Numbered from the stretch's first letter, positions 17,274-25,762 are shown. The stretch is DNA of 49,130 bases from an uncultured Candidatus Saccharibacteria bacterium (GCA_964592725.1 CAZQFQ010000002.1:1-49130), one strand, 5' to 3'. Made by a program: numbers and translations. The notes: generated from the sequence alone by a model not told the origin.

Positions 17274-17298
17274 CCCACGTAACCCCACTTTTATCCAC
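17274..17298 (-). promoter_or_regulatory. putative MraZ operator: three GTGG(G/A) direct repeats at 10-bp spacing
   Basis: Minus strand reads aaGTGGAtaaaaGTGGGgttacGTGGGaa. On the plus strand, CCAC falls at 17275, 17285 and 17295. Sits immediately downstream of the -10 box. Confidence 0.55.
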
Positions 17299-17317
17299 TT
17301 TTTACCATTGTTACTAC

Positions 17318-17346
17318 ATTATATACCACAAAAACCCATAAGTCAA
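17318..17346 (-). promoter_or_regulatory. near-consensus sigma70-type promoter for mraZ (TTGACT-17 nt-TATAAT)
   Basis: The minus strand reads TTGACTtatgggtttttgtggtaTATAAT. Confidence 0.65.
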
Positions 17347-17365
17347 AGCCTATAAAACTCCGTCA

Positions 17366-17396
17366 AACAATAAAAATACCCCTTAAACAAGGAGTA
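17366..17396 (-). terminator. intrinsic terminator ending the upstream (trmH-side) transcription unit
   Basis: The minus strand reads TACTCCTT-GTTT-AAGGGGTA followed by TTTTTATTGTTT. Confidence 0.65.
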
Positions 17397-17504
17397 TTTT
17401 AATATTATTTAAATACTATCTAAGCTATATCCACAAGTATAAAAAATAAAAAAAACTTTATCGGATTTCCACTTATTACATCATAATTTAGCGGTTTCCC
17501 AAAA

Positions 17505-18008
17505 TTACCTATCGCCAAGCTGCATATTAGGCCTGTTGGAGCTGATTTTATAGGCCGCAATGCCGAATGCCACGGAAACATTCAGACTTTCTTTTTTGCC
17601 GAGCATGGGGATTTCCACCAATTTATCGCAAAATTTTGTCAGAGATTTATTTATGCCGCCGACTTCTTCTCCCAAAATTAAGGCCAAAGGAAAACGCGGT
17701 TTGAATTTGCCCATGGGTACGCGCTGACCAACATTATTTTCAAGGCCGAAAATGTGAACTTTTTGTTTTTTTAAAACTCGAATAACGGACTGCGCGGATT
17801 TAAAATATTCCCAGTTTACCCAGCTCTCGGCGCCCAGCGCCACCTTGCCGATTTTATTTTTGTGGACGGGATTTGCCGGCGTTCCCGTATAGCCGGTTAA
17901 ATATATTTTGCTTACCCCAAAAGCGTCGGCCGTCCGGAAAATGGAGCCGACGTTATAAAGCGAGCGAATGTTGTGCGCGATAACAAAAAAATTTTCGCTT
18001 TTTGCCAT
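17505..18008 (-). CDS. SpoU/TrmH-family RNA 2'-O-methyltransferase
   Basis: NVGSIFRTADAFG and LILGEEVGGI...IPMLGKKESLNVSVAFGIAAY. Start set at ATG 18008; the track start 18053 would overlap the upstream gene by 28 nt. Confidence 0.8.
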   Translation of the reverse strand: MAKSENFFVIAHNIRSLYNVGSIFRTADAFGVSKIYLTGYTGTPANPVHKNKIGKVALGAESWVNWEYFKSAQSVIRVLKKQKVHIFGLENNVGQRVPMGKFKPRFPLALILGEEVGGINKSLTKFCDKLVEIPMLGKKESLNVSVAFGIAAYKISSNRPNMQLGDR

Positions 18009-18025
18009 TAAAAAAATTGTGCGGA

Positions 18026-18424
18026 CTAACTTTTTATCGGCCCTGCGGTGCAAATCCTATCAATACGTTTTGTCAGAATGCCCATAGTGACGTCAGCCTT
18101 CATAAAATATGCCTCAACCTTAAACTTAGCGGCCCGCCCCATGCTTTCTTTATCGGTCAAATTGGTAATTATTAATACCGAGGTTTGCGCCAAAGCGGGA
18201 TCCGGCATCGCCCGCAATTTTTCCAAAACTCCAAAGCCGTCAATTTTAGGCAACAGCAAATCCAAAACTATTAAATTAGGACGACTTAATTCGACTTGCC
18301 GCAGGGCTTCTTCCCCGTCTCTGGCCGGTACCACCAGATATCGGCCAATCAACTGGCTGATAATTATATTCCTTAACATATCGTCGTCTTCCACCACCAA
18401 TATTTTTTTGTCTGAATATTCCAT
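18026..18424 (-). CDS. single-domain response regulator (CheY-like receiver)
   Basis: KKILVVEDDDMLRN...LIVLDLLLPKIDGFGVLEKLR. Confidence 0.85.
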   Translation of the reverse strand: MEYSDKKILVVEDDDMLRNIIISQLIGRYLVVPARDGEEALRQVELSRPNLIVLDLLLPKIDGFGVLEKLRAMPDPALAQTSVLIITNLTDKESMGRAAKFKVEAYFMKADVTMGILTKRIDRICTAGPIKS

Positions 18425-18431
18425 ATTGAAT

Positions 18432-18851
18432 TTAAGCTAACAAGTTTAAATTAAAATCCGGATTTTGTATGCGTTCCAAAGCGCCGTCCAGCTTGGTTAA
18501 AAATATTTCGCAGGTTACCGAGGCCGTAAGCTTAAAAACATGTCCGCCGACTACCGAAAAAGTATTGTCGCCAAAGGATCCGTGCGCGTGTAAAACAACA
18601 TTGTCCCCCAAAAGCGCGCCGCTGCCGATAAAAGAAATTATTTCCATCTCGTCAATATAAGGTTTTTTCCGGTAATCTTTAAGGTGCGCGTTATAAAATC
18701 CCAGCTCCACACTAGAACAGGCGCCGATGCCAAAAAAAACACAGGCCGAAACAGCCTGCTCTTTCATAAACTTTTGCAACCCTTCCAAAACTTCCTCGTC
18801 CTTATCAAAACGAAGCACGAACTGATTTTTGTCTTGGAGTATAATCTTCAT
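18432..18851 (-). CDS. PPC/DUF296-domain protein
   Basis: MEIISFIGSGAL...VLHAHGSFGDNTFSVVGGHVFKLTASVTCEIFL matches the PPC-domain pattern. Confidence 0.7.
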   Translation of the reverse strand: MKIILQDKNQFVLRFDKDEEVLEGLQKFMKEQAVSACVFFGIGACSSVELGFYNAHLKDYRKKPYIDEMEIISFIGSGALLGDNVVLHAHGSFGDNTFSVVGGHVFKLTASVTCEIFLTKLDGALERIQNPDFNLNLLA

Positions 18852-18856
18852 AAAAG

Positions 18857-18958
18857 AAATCGAATCTACGAATTAGACGAATCTGCGAAGGACAACGAAT
18901 GAACGAATTCAGCAATTCGTAGTTATTCGTTGATTCGTTCCGTTCGTAGATTCGATTT
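18857..18958. repeat. A-family palindromic element, copy A2
   Basis: Fills the whole spacer between the stop of 18961-19344 and the ATG of 18432-18851. Confidence 0.85.
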
Positions 18959-18960
18959 AT

Positions 18961-19344
18961 TTAAGTGAGCTTGACCGAACGCGCCAAAACGTCTTTTACT
19001 TTTTGGATAATATCGTCAACCGACTGGTCGGATTTCAGCAAATAATCCACAGCCCCGGCTTCCACAATCTTACTAATAGTTTCCACATCGCCGATGTTGG
19101 TCAAAACTACCACCGGAACTTTAGCCGTGGAAGGATTGGCTTTAAGCTCCCAAAGTACGGAAATGCCGTCCAACTTAGGCATCATAATGTCCAAAAGCAG
19201 CAAATCCGGCACTACTTCCTTGGCCTTTGCCACTGACTCTTCCCCGTCATAAGCCGGAGTAGGCTCAAATCCTGCTGTTTTGAGGGCCTCACATAGTGAA
19301 TTAGAGATAAGTTTGTCGTCTTCGGCCACTAAAATTTTTGGCAT
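18961..19344 (-). CDS. single-domain response regulator (CheY-like receiver)
   Basis: PKILVAEDDKLISN...LLLLDIMMPKLDGISVLWELK. Confidence 0.85.
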   Translation of the reverse strand: MPKILVAEDDKLISNSLCEALKTAGFEPTPAYDGEESVAKAKEVVPDLLLLDIMMPKLDGISVLWELKANPSTAKVPVVVLTNIGDVETISKIVEAGAVDYLLKSDQSVDDIIQKVKDVLARSVKLT

Positions 19345-19362
19345 TTTTTGGTTTCTCCCTTG

Positions 19363-19446
19363 CTTTACTAACTACTAATCTTTACTAATATACTAAAGCA
19401 CGATATCGAGAATTAGTATATTAGTACCGATTCGTAGTTAGTAAAG
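19363..19446. repeat. unique hairpin built from TACTAA/TTAGTA words
   Basis: CTTTACTAACTAC-7 nt-TACTAATATACTAA ... TTAGTATATTAGTA-7 nt-GTAGTTAGTAAAG, giving 13 + 14 bp of pairing. Lies between the kinase stop and the receiver start. Confidence 0.75.
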
Positions 19447-19477
19447 GCAGTTTTTAGTATACCTTTATTATACTATA

Positions 19478-21145
19478 TTATTTATCCAAAGGCAAAGAAA
19501 AGCAAAAGGTTGACCCTAGATTTTCCCCGGGGCTTTCGGCCCAAATTTTTCCGCCGTGCGCCTCTACAATCCCCTTGCTCACCACCAGCCCAAGCCCAGT
19601 GCCTTTGCGCGAACGGTCACCGGTTTTTAACTGCTTAAATTTGCTGAATAAGTCGGCCAAATCCTCCCGCGACACGCCGATGCCCGTGTCTTTTACCGAA
19701 ACCGTGGCCGTTTTTTCTTCGACGTTGATGTTTAGGTTAATATCAATCTGCCCGCTGTCGCTGTACTTAATCGCGTTGCTGATTAAATTGCCCAGCACCT
19801 GGCCAATCCTGACGCGGTCAAATTTTAACATATACTTTGGCGGGGCGGTGACGTTTATGGCCAGGTGTTTAATTTCCGCCTGCGGCCTAAAAACCTTGGC
19901 CTGATCGTTAATGACCTCAACTATATCGTACTGCTGGAGATTTAAGTCAAACTTTCCCGATTCAATTTTAGCCACGTCCAAAAGGTCATTGACCAGTTCC
20001 AGCATATTGTTGGAAGCCGTTTCAATGGTGACCATAGTGTCTTTGACTTTGGCCTGGTCAACTCCCGAGGCAATGCTCAAATTTTTTATCAAAGATTCCG
20101 AAGACCAGCGCACGGCCGTGAGCGGCGCGCGCAGTTCGTGCACCATCATGGCCGTAAATTCCTGCCTGGTTTTATCCAGAGTTTTTTCCGTGGTAATGTC
20201 GTGGAAAACCGCGCTGGCCGCGATAATTTCCCCCTGGCTGTCTTTAACCGGCGCTATGGTCAGCTCCAAAGCTTTATCTTTTAAAATTACTTCCGGCAGG
20301 GAAATGGCTTTATCCTCGGCAATGGCCTGCTCTATTTTTGTCCTCAAATCCACTTTGCCGGCCAGCCCGTCTACAATGTCGTACATAGTTACGGGCTTGC
20401 CCGAAGCAATGCCTAAAATATCCCGAATGACCGGATTATAAACCACCAGCTGATAGTTTAAATCCACGGTTATAACGCCGTCGGCCAGAGAATAAATAAC
20501 CGCTTCCAGCTTGCCTTTTTCGCTTTGCAAAACCGATTGGAGCTTGGATACTGCCGTGGCCGCCTGGTTGGTGATGGTATATAAAATGGAGGCCTGCTCT
20601 TCGCCGTAACGGCCGCGGTCTTTGGAAGCCACGTTTATCAGCCCGACCAATTTTTGGGAAATTACCACCGGCAAATTAAAAAAAGATTCCACTTTAACTT
20701 TTAGATTATCATTCAAAATATTGCCGGTAATGCTTTCGTCCATGCCCGCTGTTTGGATTTTGCTGTTTAAAATGGCTTCGTAAGACATTAGCATTTTATG
20801 CTTGATGTCTTCTATAAACTGGTGGTTTACGGTATTCTCCACGTGGCATTTAAAAACAACTTTGCCGCCTTCCTCCAAAACCATATAAGACACGGCGTCG
20901 TAATCCAGGAGGTTCCCCAAAGAGCTGGTAATAATATCCACAATTTTGTTGGTGTCCAAAGAGTAGCCGATGCGCTCGCTGATTTCCTTTAACACTTCGG
21001 CCTGATAAACTTTTTGCTGCAGCTCCAAAGACTGGTTGGCTTTGACGCGCAAAAATTTCCGTTCGCGCAAAGACGCGTAAATATACGCGCTGACGACAAC
21101 CGCCAGCATTAAAAAATCTATGATGAGGAGGATATTTACGATCAT
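19478..21145 (-). CDS. sensor histidine kinase (TM, sensory/PAS-like region, HisKA, HATPase)
   Basis: Start moved to ATG 21145 (MIVNILLII...). H-box HELRAPLTAV, G-boxes DTGIGV and GTGLGLVVSKGIVEAHGG. Confidence 0.9.
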   Translation of the reverse strand: MIVNILLIIDFLMLAVVVSAYIYASLRERKFLRVKANQSLELQQKVYQAEVLKEISERIGYSLDTNKIVDIITSSLGNLLDYDAVSYMVLEEGGKVVFKCHVENTVNHQFIEDIKHKMLMSYEAILNSKIQTAGMDESITGNILNDNLKVKVESFFNLPVVISQKLVGLINVASKDRGRYGEEQASILYTITNQAATAVSKLQSVLQSEKGKLEAVIYSLADGVITVDLNYQLVVYNPVIRDILGIASGKPVTMYDIVDGLAGKVDLRTKIEQAIAEDKAISLPEVILKDKALELTIAPVKDSQGEIIAASAVFHDITTEKTLDKTRQEFTAMMVHELRAPLTAVRWSSESLIKNLSIASGVDQAKVKDTMVTIETASNNMLELVNDLLDVAKIESGKFDLNLQQYDIVEVINDQAKVFRPQAEIKHLAINVTAPPKYMLKFDRVRIGQVLGNLISNAIKYSDSGQIDINLNINVEEKTATVSVKDTGIGVSREDLADLFSKFKQLKTGDRSRKGTGLGLVVSKGIVEAHGGKIWAESPGENLGSTFCFSLPLDK

Positions 21146-21154
21146 TTTTGTTTT

Positions 21155-21251
21155 ATAGAAGCGAAGCCAAACGCGAAGTCTGCAACGCGAACCTAAACGC
21201 GAATTCACGGCTTTTTCGCGTCGCTGTATTCGCGTCTTCCTTCGCTTCTAT
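21155..21251. repeat. unique hairpin built from CGCGAA/TTCGCG words
   Basis: ATAGAAGCGAAG...ACGCGAA...TTCGCGT...CTTCGCTTCTAT. Fills the spacer between 21254-21517 and the kinase ATG. Confidence 0.75.
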
Positions 21252-21253
21252 GT

Positions 21254-21517
21254 TTAAACTTTCATCTGCGGATATTTTTCCAAAAGCGAATTTAAAGTCA
21301 TTTGGGCAATCTGGCCGGAAAGTTGCATGTATTCGTTGGCCACGCCTTTTAAAACCATTTGCGGGTCTCCGGACACTTCCAAAACCGTGCCGTCATCGCT
21401 GACCTTTAGCCCCGGAACTTTGCGGGCTTTATCTAAGGCGATATTCGGCCCCAAAACCACCATTTGCTTTTGGATTAAATCGGTTAACATTTGTCCGTAT
21501 TCTACCTGATCCGGCAT
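21254..21517 (-). CDS. small hypothetical protein (87 aa)
   Basis: Has its own extended -10 promoter and a GGAG about 10 nt upstream of the ATG. No family recognised. Confidence 0.65.
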   Translation of the reverse strand: MPDQVEYGQMLTDLIQKQMVVLGPNIALDKARKVPGLKVSDDGTVLEVSGDPQMVLKGVANEYMQLSGQIAQMTLNSLLEKYPQMKV

Positions 21518-21556
21518 ATTTTTATTTCTCCTTTTTTAAAAATTGATTACGCTGAA

Positions 21557-21565
21557 ATTATACCA
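21557..21565 (-). promoter_or_regulatory. extended -10 box (TGgTATAAT) for 21254-21517
   Basis: The minus strand reads tttttaTGgTATAATttc. Confidence 0.5.
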
Positions 21566-21603
21566 TAAAAATTTAAATTCTCAAAAAAATCATCCGATTT
21601 GCA

Positions 21604-21633
21604 GTTTGGAAGAAGTGTCCCTTCTTCCAAACT
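21604..21633. repeat. perfect 12-bp-stem hairpin GTTTGGAAGAAG-TGTCCC-CTTCTTCCAAAC
   Basis: Read directly. Lies about 110 nt past the tnpA remnant stop and could be an IS200/IS605 subterminal hairpin. Confidence 0.5.
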
Positions 21634-21745
21634 GGCTTTGTGTTGTAATAAAGGGCGCCTTTGAATAACACAAAAACGCCCTTTTTTCAACCACTGTCGG
21701 CTAGAAGCCCACAGACTGATTAGCCGATTGGAAATCGGGGGTTAA

Positions 21746-21909
21746 TTAGTTTTCAACTCTGAAGGTATCGTCGGCTTCTGGGCCCTCAAAGTGGTGTTCA
21801 ATGTATTTCTTGATCATCACGGCAGTAACGTTACCGGCGCTGACTGCGAAGTACCCTCGTGCCCAGAGATGCTGTGCCAATACCTTTTCTTCAGTACAGG
21901 AAACTCCAT
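21746..21909 (-). pseudogene. IS200/IS605-family TnpA (Y1 transposase) C-terminal remnant with a frameshift
   Basis: Frame A reads MEFPVLKKRYW. After a 1-nt slip at a GG(G) run, the frame reads QHLWARGYFAVSAGNVTAVMIKKYIEHHFEG...*. Together these match the conserved ...FP.LKKRYWG.HLWARGYF...YI..Q C-terminus. The N-terminal ~80 aa are absent. Confidence 0.6.
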
Positions 21910-21915
21910 AAATTT

Positions 21916-24900
21916 CTACGGCACCTCGTTAATGGTCGGACTGCTTTTGCCCGTACCAAAAGTCAGCCAGGGCGTGGATACGCCTGTCAGGATTGTTGTA
22001 CCGCCGGAATATACGCTAAAACTGTTCTGGAAACGGCTTTGGCTCTGGGTAACGGTGCCAGAAACCGCAAGCTGGGCAGTATAAGTGATATCAGCTATCG
22101 CGCCGACGGCAATGTTGTCCTGGCTGCTGGTAAGATTAAAGACAAGGGTTTGATCCGGCGAAGTGCCATAAGCACAATAATGGTTAGTGCCTGAAGGCGT
22201 GCAGGAACTGCCGGGATTAGCGCCGTCATAATGAAGAGTAACCGGCGAAGAACCGCCGTCGGTATATATGGCACTCCATCCCGCGGACGGCATCTGCAAA
22301 TTTGCCATTGTATCCGTAACCGTAATGTTACTGGTTGTGGCGGTGCCGTTGTCGTTGCAAAGATTAATCTGGAAGCCAATATTATCGCCGGCATTCATGG
22401 CTGCGCCGGCCGGCAGCGGGTCTGTATATCCGTCGCAGGCGCTAGCCCCGGAAACCGCCGTTCCGTTTATGGAAACAATATCTTTATCCGAATCGCCTAA
22501 GTTAGCCGAACAGGCAAGCGGAACCACGGGATTTTGACTACCCGCAGTCGGGCTGGTTTCCACGCCGCCGCTACTGACACCGGTAACCCAATAGTTGTAA
22601 GGCTGGCCTACGGTGGCCGTTGTGTCTGTATAAGTGGTTGTACCGGCGGGTATGGCGGTACTGTTAAGCTTGGAAGCGCCGCTAAAACTACTGCCGGTAC
22701 TGCGGTAAACATTGTAACTGTCCCCGCTTATAGGCGTCCAGCTTAGGCCAATTTGTCCGCAGGTGGCGGTATTATTTAAAGTTACGGTGGCGGGGCCGGA
22801 GCCGCCGCTGCATGAATTTGCGGAAACGCCGCCGGAAAAATTATTACTCGCCGCCACCAAAGTTCCGGTGCCTACGCCGCCACTGGTGCTTTCCACCCAG
22901 TAGTAATAAGGACCGCCGCTTACGTAATTGGTATAGGTTTGGTTTCCGATGTTGCCGTTTATTGGGGACTGGTTGCTCACAATTTTGGTCGCGCTGCTGC
23001 TGACGTTAATCGTATTGCGATAGACGTTGTAGCCGCTAGCGTTGCTGCCCGGCGTCCAGGTAATAACCAGGGTCTGACACTGGGCTCCCGTGCCGGCCGA
23101 AACGGAAATATTGCTTGAACTGCCGCCTCCCGGAGGACCGGGGATCACAACATATGTCACCCCAAGAGTCTGGGGGTTATTAGAAGCGTTAGAATCGGAA
23201 ATCTTAATACTGCAATTGTTAAAGGTACCGACGTTGGAAGGCGAGGTTACCGAGACTGTGACGGTTGACGGGGTGCCGCTTACCGCAACTGTGCCGGAAG
23301 TAGGGCTGACACTGCACCAGGTTCCCGCGCCGGTTGAGGTGGCTGTCCAGTTTAAGGTAGCACTGCCGGTATTACTGATGGTAAGAGTCTGACCGCCAGG
23401 AGTAGCACTTCCGGAAACGCCGTTAAAGGTCATAGAGGATGGGGAAAGGGAAATGGTGGGTGAATAAGAACAGGTGTTTGGGGAAATGCCGCCGGTGGAG
23501 TTAGTGCTGGCCGGGACTTGAATTCCGCTTAAGCCGGCGGAAAGATTGTATGATTGTACCCAGTAAAAGTAAGTACCGAAGGAATTATTATCTGTATAGG
23601 TCTGGTTACCGACATTGCCGTTCTGAACAGACATATTGGTCTGAATTTCGGTAGCCGTGCTTGTGCTATTGCTGGTATTGCGATAAATGTTATAGCCGCC
23701 CGCTCCGCTTCCCGGGGTCCAGGTTAAAACCACGCCTTGTGCCGGGCAAGTAGCCTGGGCGTCGGTAACTGTATTACCGGGACCACCGTCTACTGTTCCG
23801 GGGATCACAACATATGCCACCCCAAGAGTCTGGGGGTTATTAGAAGCGTTAGAATCGGAAATCTTGATACTGCAATTGTTAAAGCTGCCGACGTTGGAAG
23901 GCGAGTTTACCGAGACTGTGACGGTTGACGGGGTGCCGCTTACCGCAACTGTGCCGGAAGTAGGGCTGACACTGCACCAGGTTCCCGCGCCGGTTGAGGT
24001 GGCTGTCCAGTTTAAGGTAGCACTGCCGGTATTACTGATGGTAAGAGTCTGACCGCCAGGAGTAGCACTTCCGGAAACGCCGTTAAAGGTCATAGAGGAT
24101 GGGGAAAGGGAGATTGTAGGCGCAGGAGGAGAACCTGCGTTAACGGTTATTTGCTTGGTGCACTCATCACTGGCAATTGGTTGAAACCAAGTTACTCCCT
24201 CTTGCAACATATCCCAGTCAAATTTGTAAGTGCCGGGCGTAGAAGGAGCTGTTGCCGTGTAAACAAAGACCGCGTTGGCGCCGGGAGCAACGGTATTTGA
24301 AGGCAATTCTACCCGGCCAAATCCCCATGTGCTGTTATCCTGGGGATCCTGGGCGCCTAACCTGTAAGGTTGGGCGGAATCAACATTCACGCTTTTCCAA
24401 GTGTCGCTACCGGTGTTTTCCATAGTAGTGGTAGCGGAAAATTGCTGGCCGACGTAGACAGAAGACGGCGCGACTATGCTGACGCACGCGTCTTGGTGGG
24501 GGGTGGAAGCGGAACATTCAGATGGAAGCCAGACCCAGTTGCTACAACTCCCGCTGGAAGGGCCTGACTGGTTACCTGTTTCGCAACTGCCGCCGGAGTC
24601 TGTGCACCAGCCGCAACTATACCCTGCGTCGTACGGCACAGCACCACTACAATCAGTACAGGAATCTGAATAAGCATTGCAGGGATCTGAAGAAGGAGGA
24701 GTTTGGCAAGTCCCGCCTTGGCAGGTCAGAGTGCCGGTGCAAGGGTTGCCCGAGCTGCAGCAAGCTTTTCCCAATGCGCCACAAGCCGAAGGGGAAGTTA
24801 CCGTAACGCTCGCGCTGGCTGAAGCGGAGCCTCCCGGGCCGGTAGCGGTGTAAGTAAAAGTATAAGTATAGCCGTCCTGGCAAGCAAGGGTAGCGAGATT

Positions 24901-25347
24901 GGGGAGACTTCCCGAAGGGCCGGTTATACTGGAAACCGAACCGTTGGTATTGGCAGGGCTACAGCCATCCGCTCCGCCGGGAGTAATCGTCATCTTCGTA
25001 CTGCCGCCGGTCGCGGCGGTGGAACTCCAAACATATGAAACAGTGCCTACTCCGCCCACAACCGTAGCGGAATTAGAACCATTAACGGTCAGCGAAGCGG
25101 TAGGAACGGGATTAACAACCAAGTTATTAGGAGGAACCAGAGTTAAAGTTAGTACTTGCGATTGTGTCGCCCCTGTGGAGTCTGTTCCTAATACTGTAAC
25201 CGTAACTGTTGTAGCCGTTGTAAACGGGTTAGGGACAACAATTGGAATATCCCCCGTATCGGCGGCTTTAGCCGCCGAACAAACCAGCATCCCGCCTAAA
25301 ATAAAGCAAAACGCCAGCAAATATTTAAATGATTTTTGTTTCGTCAT
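21916..25347 (-). CDS. giant secreted/cell-surface repeat protein (1143 aa)
   Basis: Signal peptide MTKQKSFKYLLAFCFILGGMLVCSAAKA. A Cys-rich knot, two near-identical Ig/BACON-like modules, three Y(N)(V/I)YR(N/S)T Fn3-like modules and a DUF11-like C-terminal region. No C-terminal anchor is present. Confidence 0.85.
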   Translation of the reverse strand: MTKQKSFKYLLAFCFILGGMLVCSAAKAADTGDIPIVVPNPFTTATTVTVTVLGTDSTGATQSQVLTLTLVPPNNLVVNPVPTASLTVNGSNSATVVGGVGTVSYVWSSTAATGGSTKMTITPGGADGCSPANTNGSVSSITGPSGSLPNLATLACQDGYTYTFTYTATGPGGSASASASVTVTSPSACGALGKACCSSGNPCTGTLTCQGGTCQTPPSSDPCNAYSDSCTDCSGAVPYDAGYSCGWCTDSGGSCETGNQSGPSSGSCSNWVWLPSECSASTPHQDACVSIVAPSSVYVGQQFSATTTMENTGSDTWKSVNVDSAQPYRLGAQDPQDNSTWGFGRVELPSNTVAPGANAVFVYTATAPSTPGTYKFDWDMLQEGVTWFQPIASDECTKQITVNAGSPPAPTISLSPSSMTFNGVSGSATPGGQTLTISNTGSATLNWTATSTGAGTWCSVSPTSGTVAVSGTPSTVTVSVNSPSNVGSFNNCSIKISDSNASNNPQTLGVAYVVIPGTVDGGPGNTVTDAQATCPAQGVVLTWTPGSGAGGYNIYRNTSNSTSTATEIQTNMSVQNGNVGNQTYTDNNSFGTYFYWVQSYNLSAGLSGIQVPASTNSTGGISPNTCSYSPTISLSPSSMTFNGVSGSATPGGQTLTISNTGSATLNWTATSTGAGTWCSVSPTSGTVAVSGTPSTVTVSVTSPSNVGTFNNCSIKISDSNASNNPQTLGVTYVVIPGPPGGGSSSNISVSAGTGAQCQTLVITWTPGSNASGYNVYRNTINVSSSATKIVSNQSPINGNIGNQTYTNYVSGGPYYYWVESTSGGVGTGTLVAASNNFSGGVSANSCSGGSGPATVTLNNTATCGQIGLSWTPISGDSYNVYRSTGSSFSGASKLNSTAIPAGTTTYTDTTATVGQPYNYWVTGVSSGGVETSPTAGSQNPVVPLACSANLGDSDKDIVSINGTAVSGASACDGYTDPLPAGAAMNAGDNIGFQINLCNDNGTATTSNITVTDTMANLQMPSAGWSAIYTDGGSSPVTLHYDGANPGSSCTPSGTNHYCAYGTSPDQTLVFNLTSSQDNIAVGAIADITYTAQLAVSGTVTQSQSRFQNSFSVYSGGTTILTGVSTPWLTFGTGKSSPTINEVP
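23141..23460 (-). repeat. intragenic ~320-bp repeat, copy 1
   Basis: Almost identical to 23801-24120, with about 6 substitutions outside the last ~15 nt. Confidence 0.9.
23801..24120 (-). repeat. intragenic ~320-bp repeat, copy 2 (660-bp offset)
   Basis: See copy 1. Encodes PTISLSPSSMTFNGVSGSATPGGQTLTISNTGSATLNWTATSTGAGTWCSVSPTSGTVAVSGTPSTVTVSV... Confidence 0.9.
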
Positions 25348-25377
25348 ATTAAAATTTTATTATTACCCATCAAAATT

Positions 25378-25406
25378 ATTATAGCGATTTTTAACTTTCC
25401 GCGCAA
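25378..25406 (-). promoter_or_regulatory. possible promoter of the giant gene (TTGCGC-17-TATAAT)
   Basis: The minus strand reads TTGCGCggaaagttaaaaatcgcTATAAT, about 30 nt upstream of ATG 25347. Confidence 0.35.
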
Positions 25407-25498
25407 CAAAAGCAAAAGTGGATAATTTTTTAACAAAAATCCCCATTTATCTCCAAAGTTACCAATAAATGCCGTGTTTGAGATAAAAATGAGGATAT

Positions 25499-25522
25499 CA
25501 AAAAACCGCCCAAAGGCGGGAA
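25499..25522 (-). terminator. intrinsic terminator after 25763-26737
   Basis: The minus strand reads CCGCC-TTTG-GGCGG followed by TTTTTTGA. Confidence 0.65.
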
Positions 25523-25573
25523 GTTAAATTTGATGATTTTGGATGACTGTTCCGCGTAAAATTTAGGCAATCA

Positions 25574-25601
25574 ATCCGCGCTTGTCCGACGAAGCTTTAG
25601 C
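25574..25601. repeat. REP-like segment CTTGTCCGACGAAGCTTTAGCGAAGCC
   Basis: Near-identical to CTTGTCCGCCGAAGCTTTAGCGAAGGT inside the recJ insertion (37365-37391). Confidence 0.6.
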
Positions 25602-25762
25602 GAAGCCATGTCCAAATCCTCGTTTATAAAAAATTGGCCGGGGGTGAGTCGGTCTGATTGTCGCAGTGCTTGCGAAATCATTCGAATCACCCCGGTGCGC
25701 TCCCCGAAAATCGGGAGCGGCTTAGATGGTCTTGCGGAGGGCGGTGTCTCATTCGCCGCCTC

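Noticed and set aside
21146-21208. N-terminal extension of the histidine kinase. The same kind of extension affects dinB (30529-30561) and gap (47348-47392)
   Set aside because: The extensions translate the upstream hairpin elements, fully or in large part. Conserved protein N-termini begin at the internal ATGs.
23141-24120. Diversity-generating retroelement (template/variable repeat pair) as the explanation for the near-identical 320-bp repeats
   Set aside because: The few differences are T/C, A/G, G/T and a GTA/CTG block, not adenine-specific. No reverse transcriptase gene is in the window, and both copies are in-frame modules of the same gene.
22095-25384. Many 60-160-aa ORFs on both strands overlapping the 1143-aa gene
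   Set aside because: They are shadow frames of a long, compositionally biased (Gly/Ser/Thr/Pro-rich) gene. None has start-site signals, and the long frame with a signal peptide explains the region.
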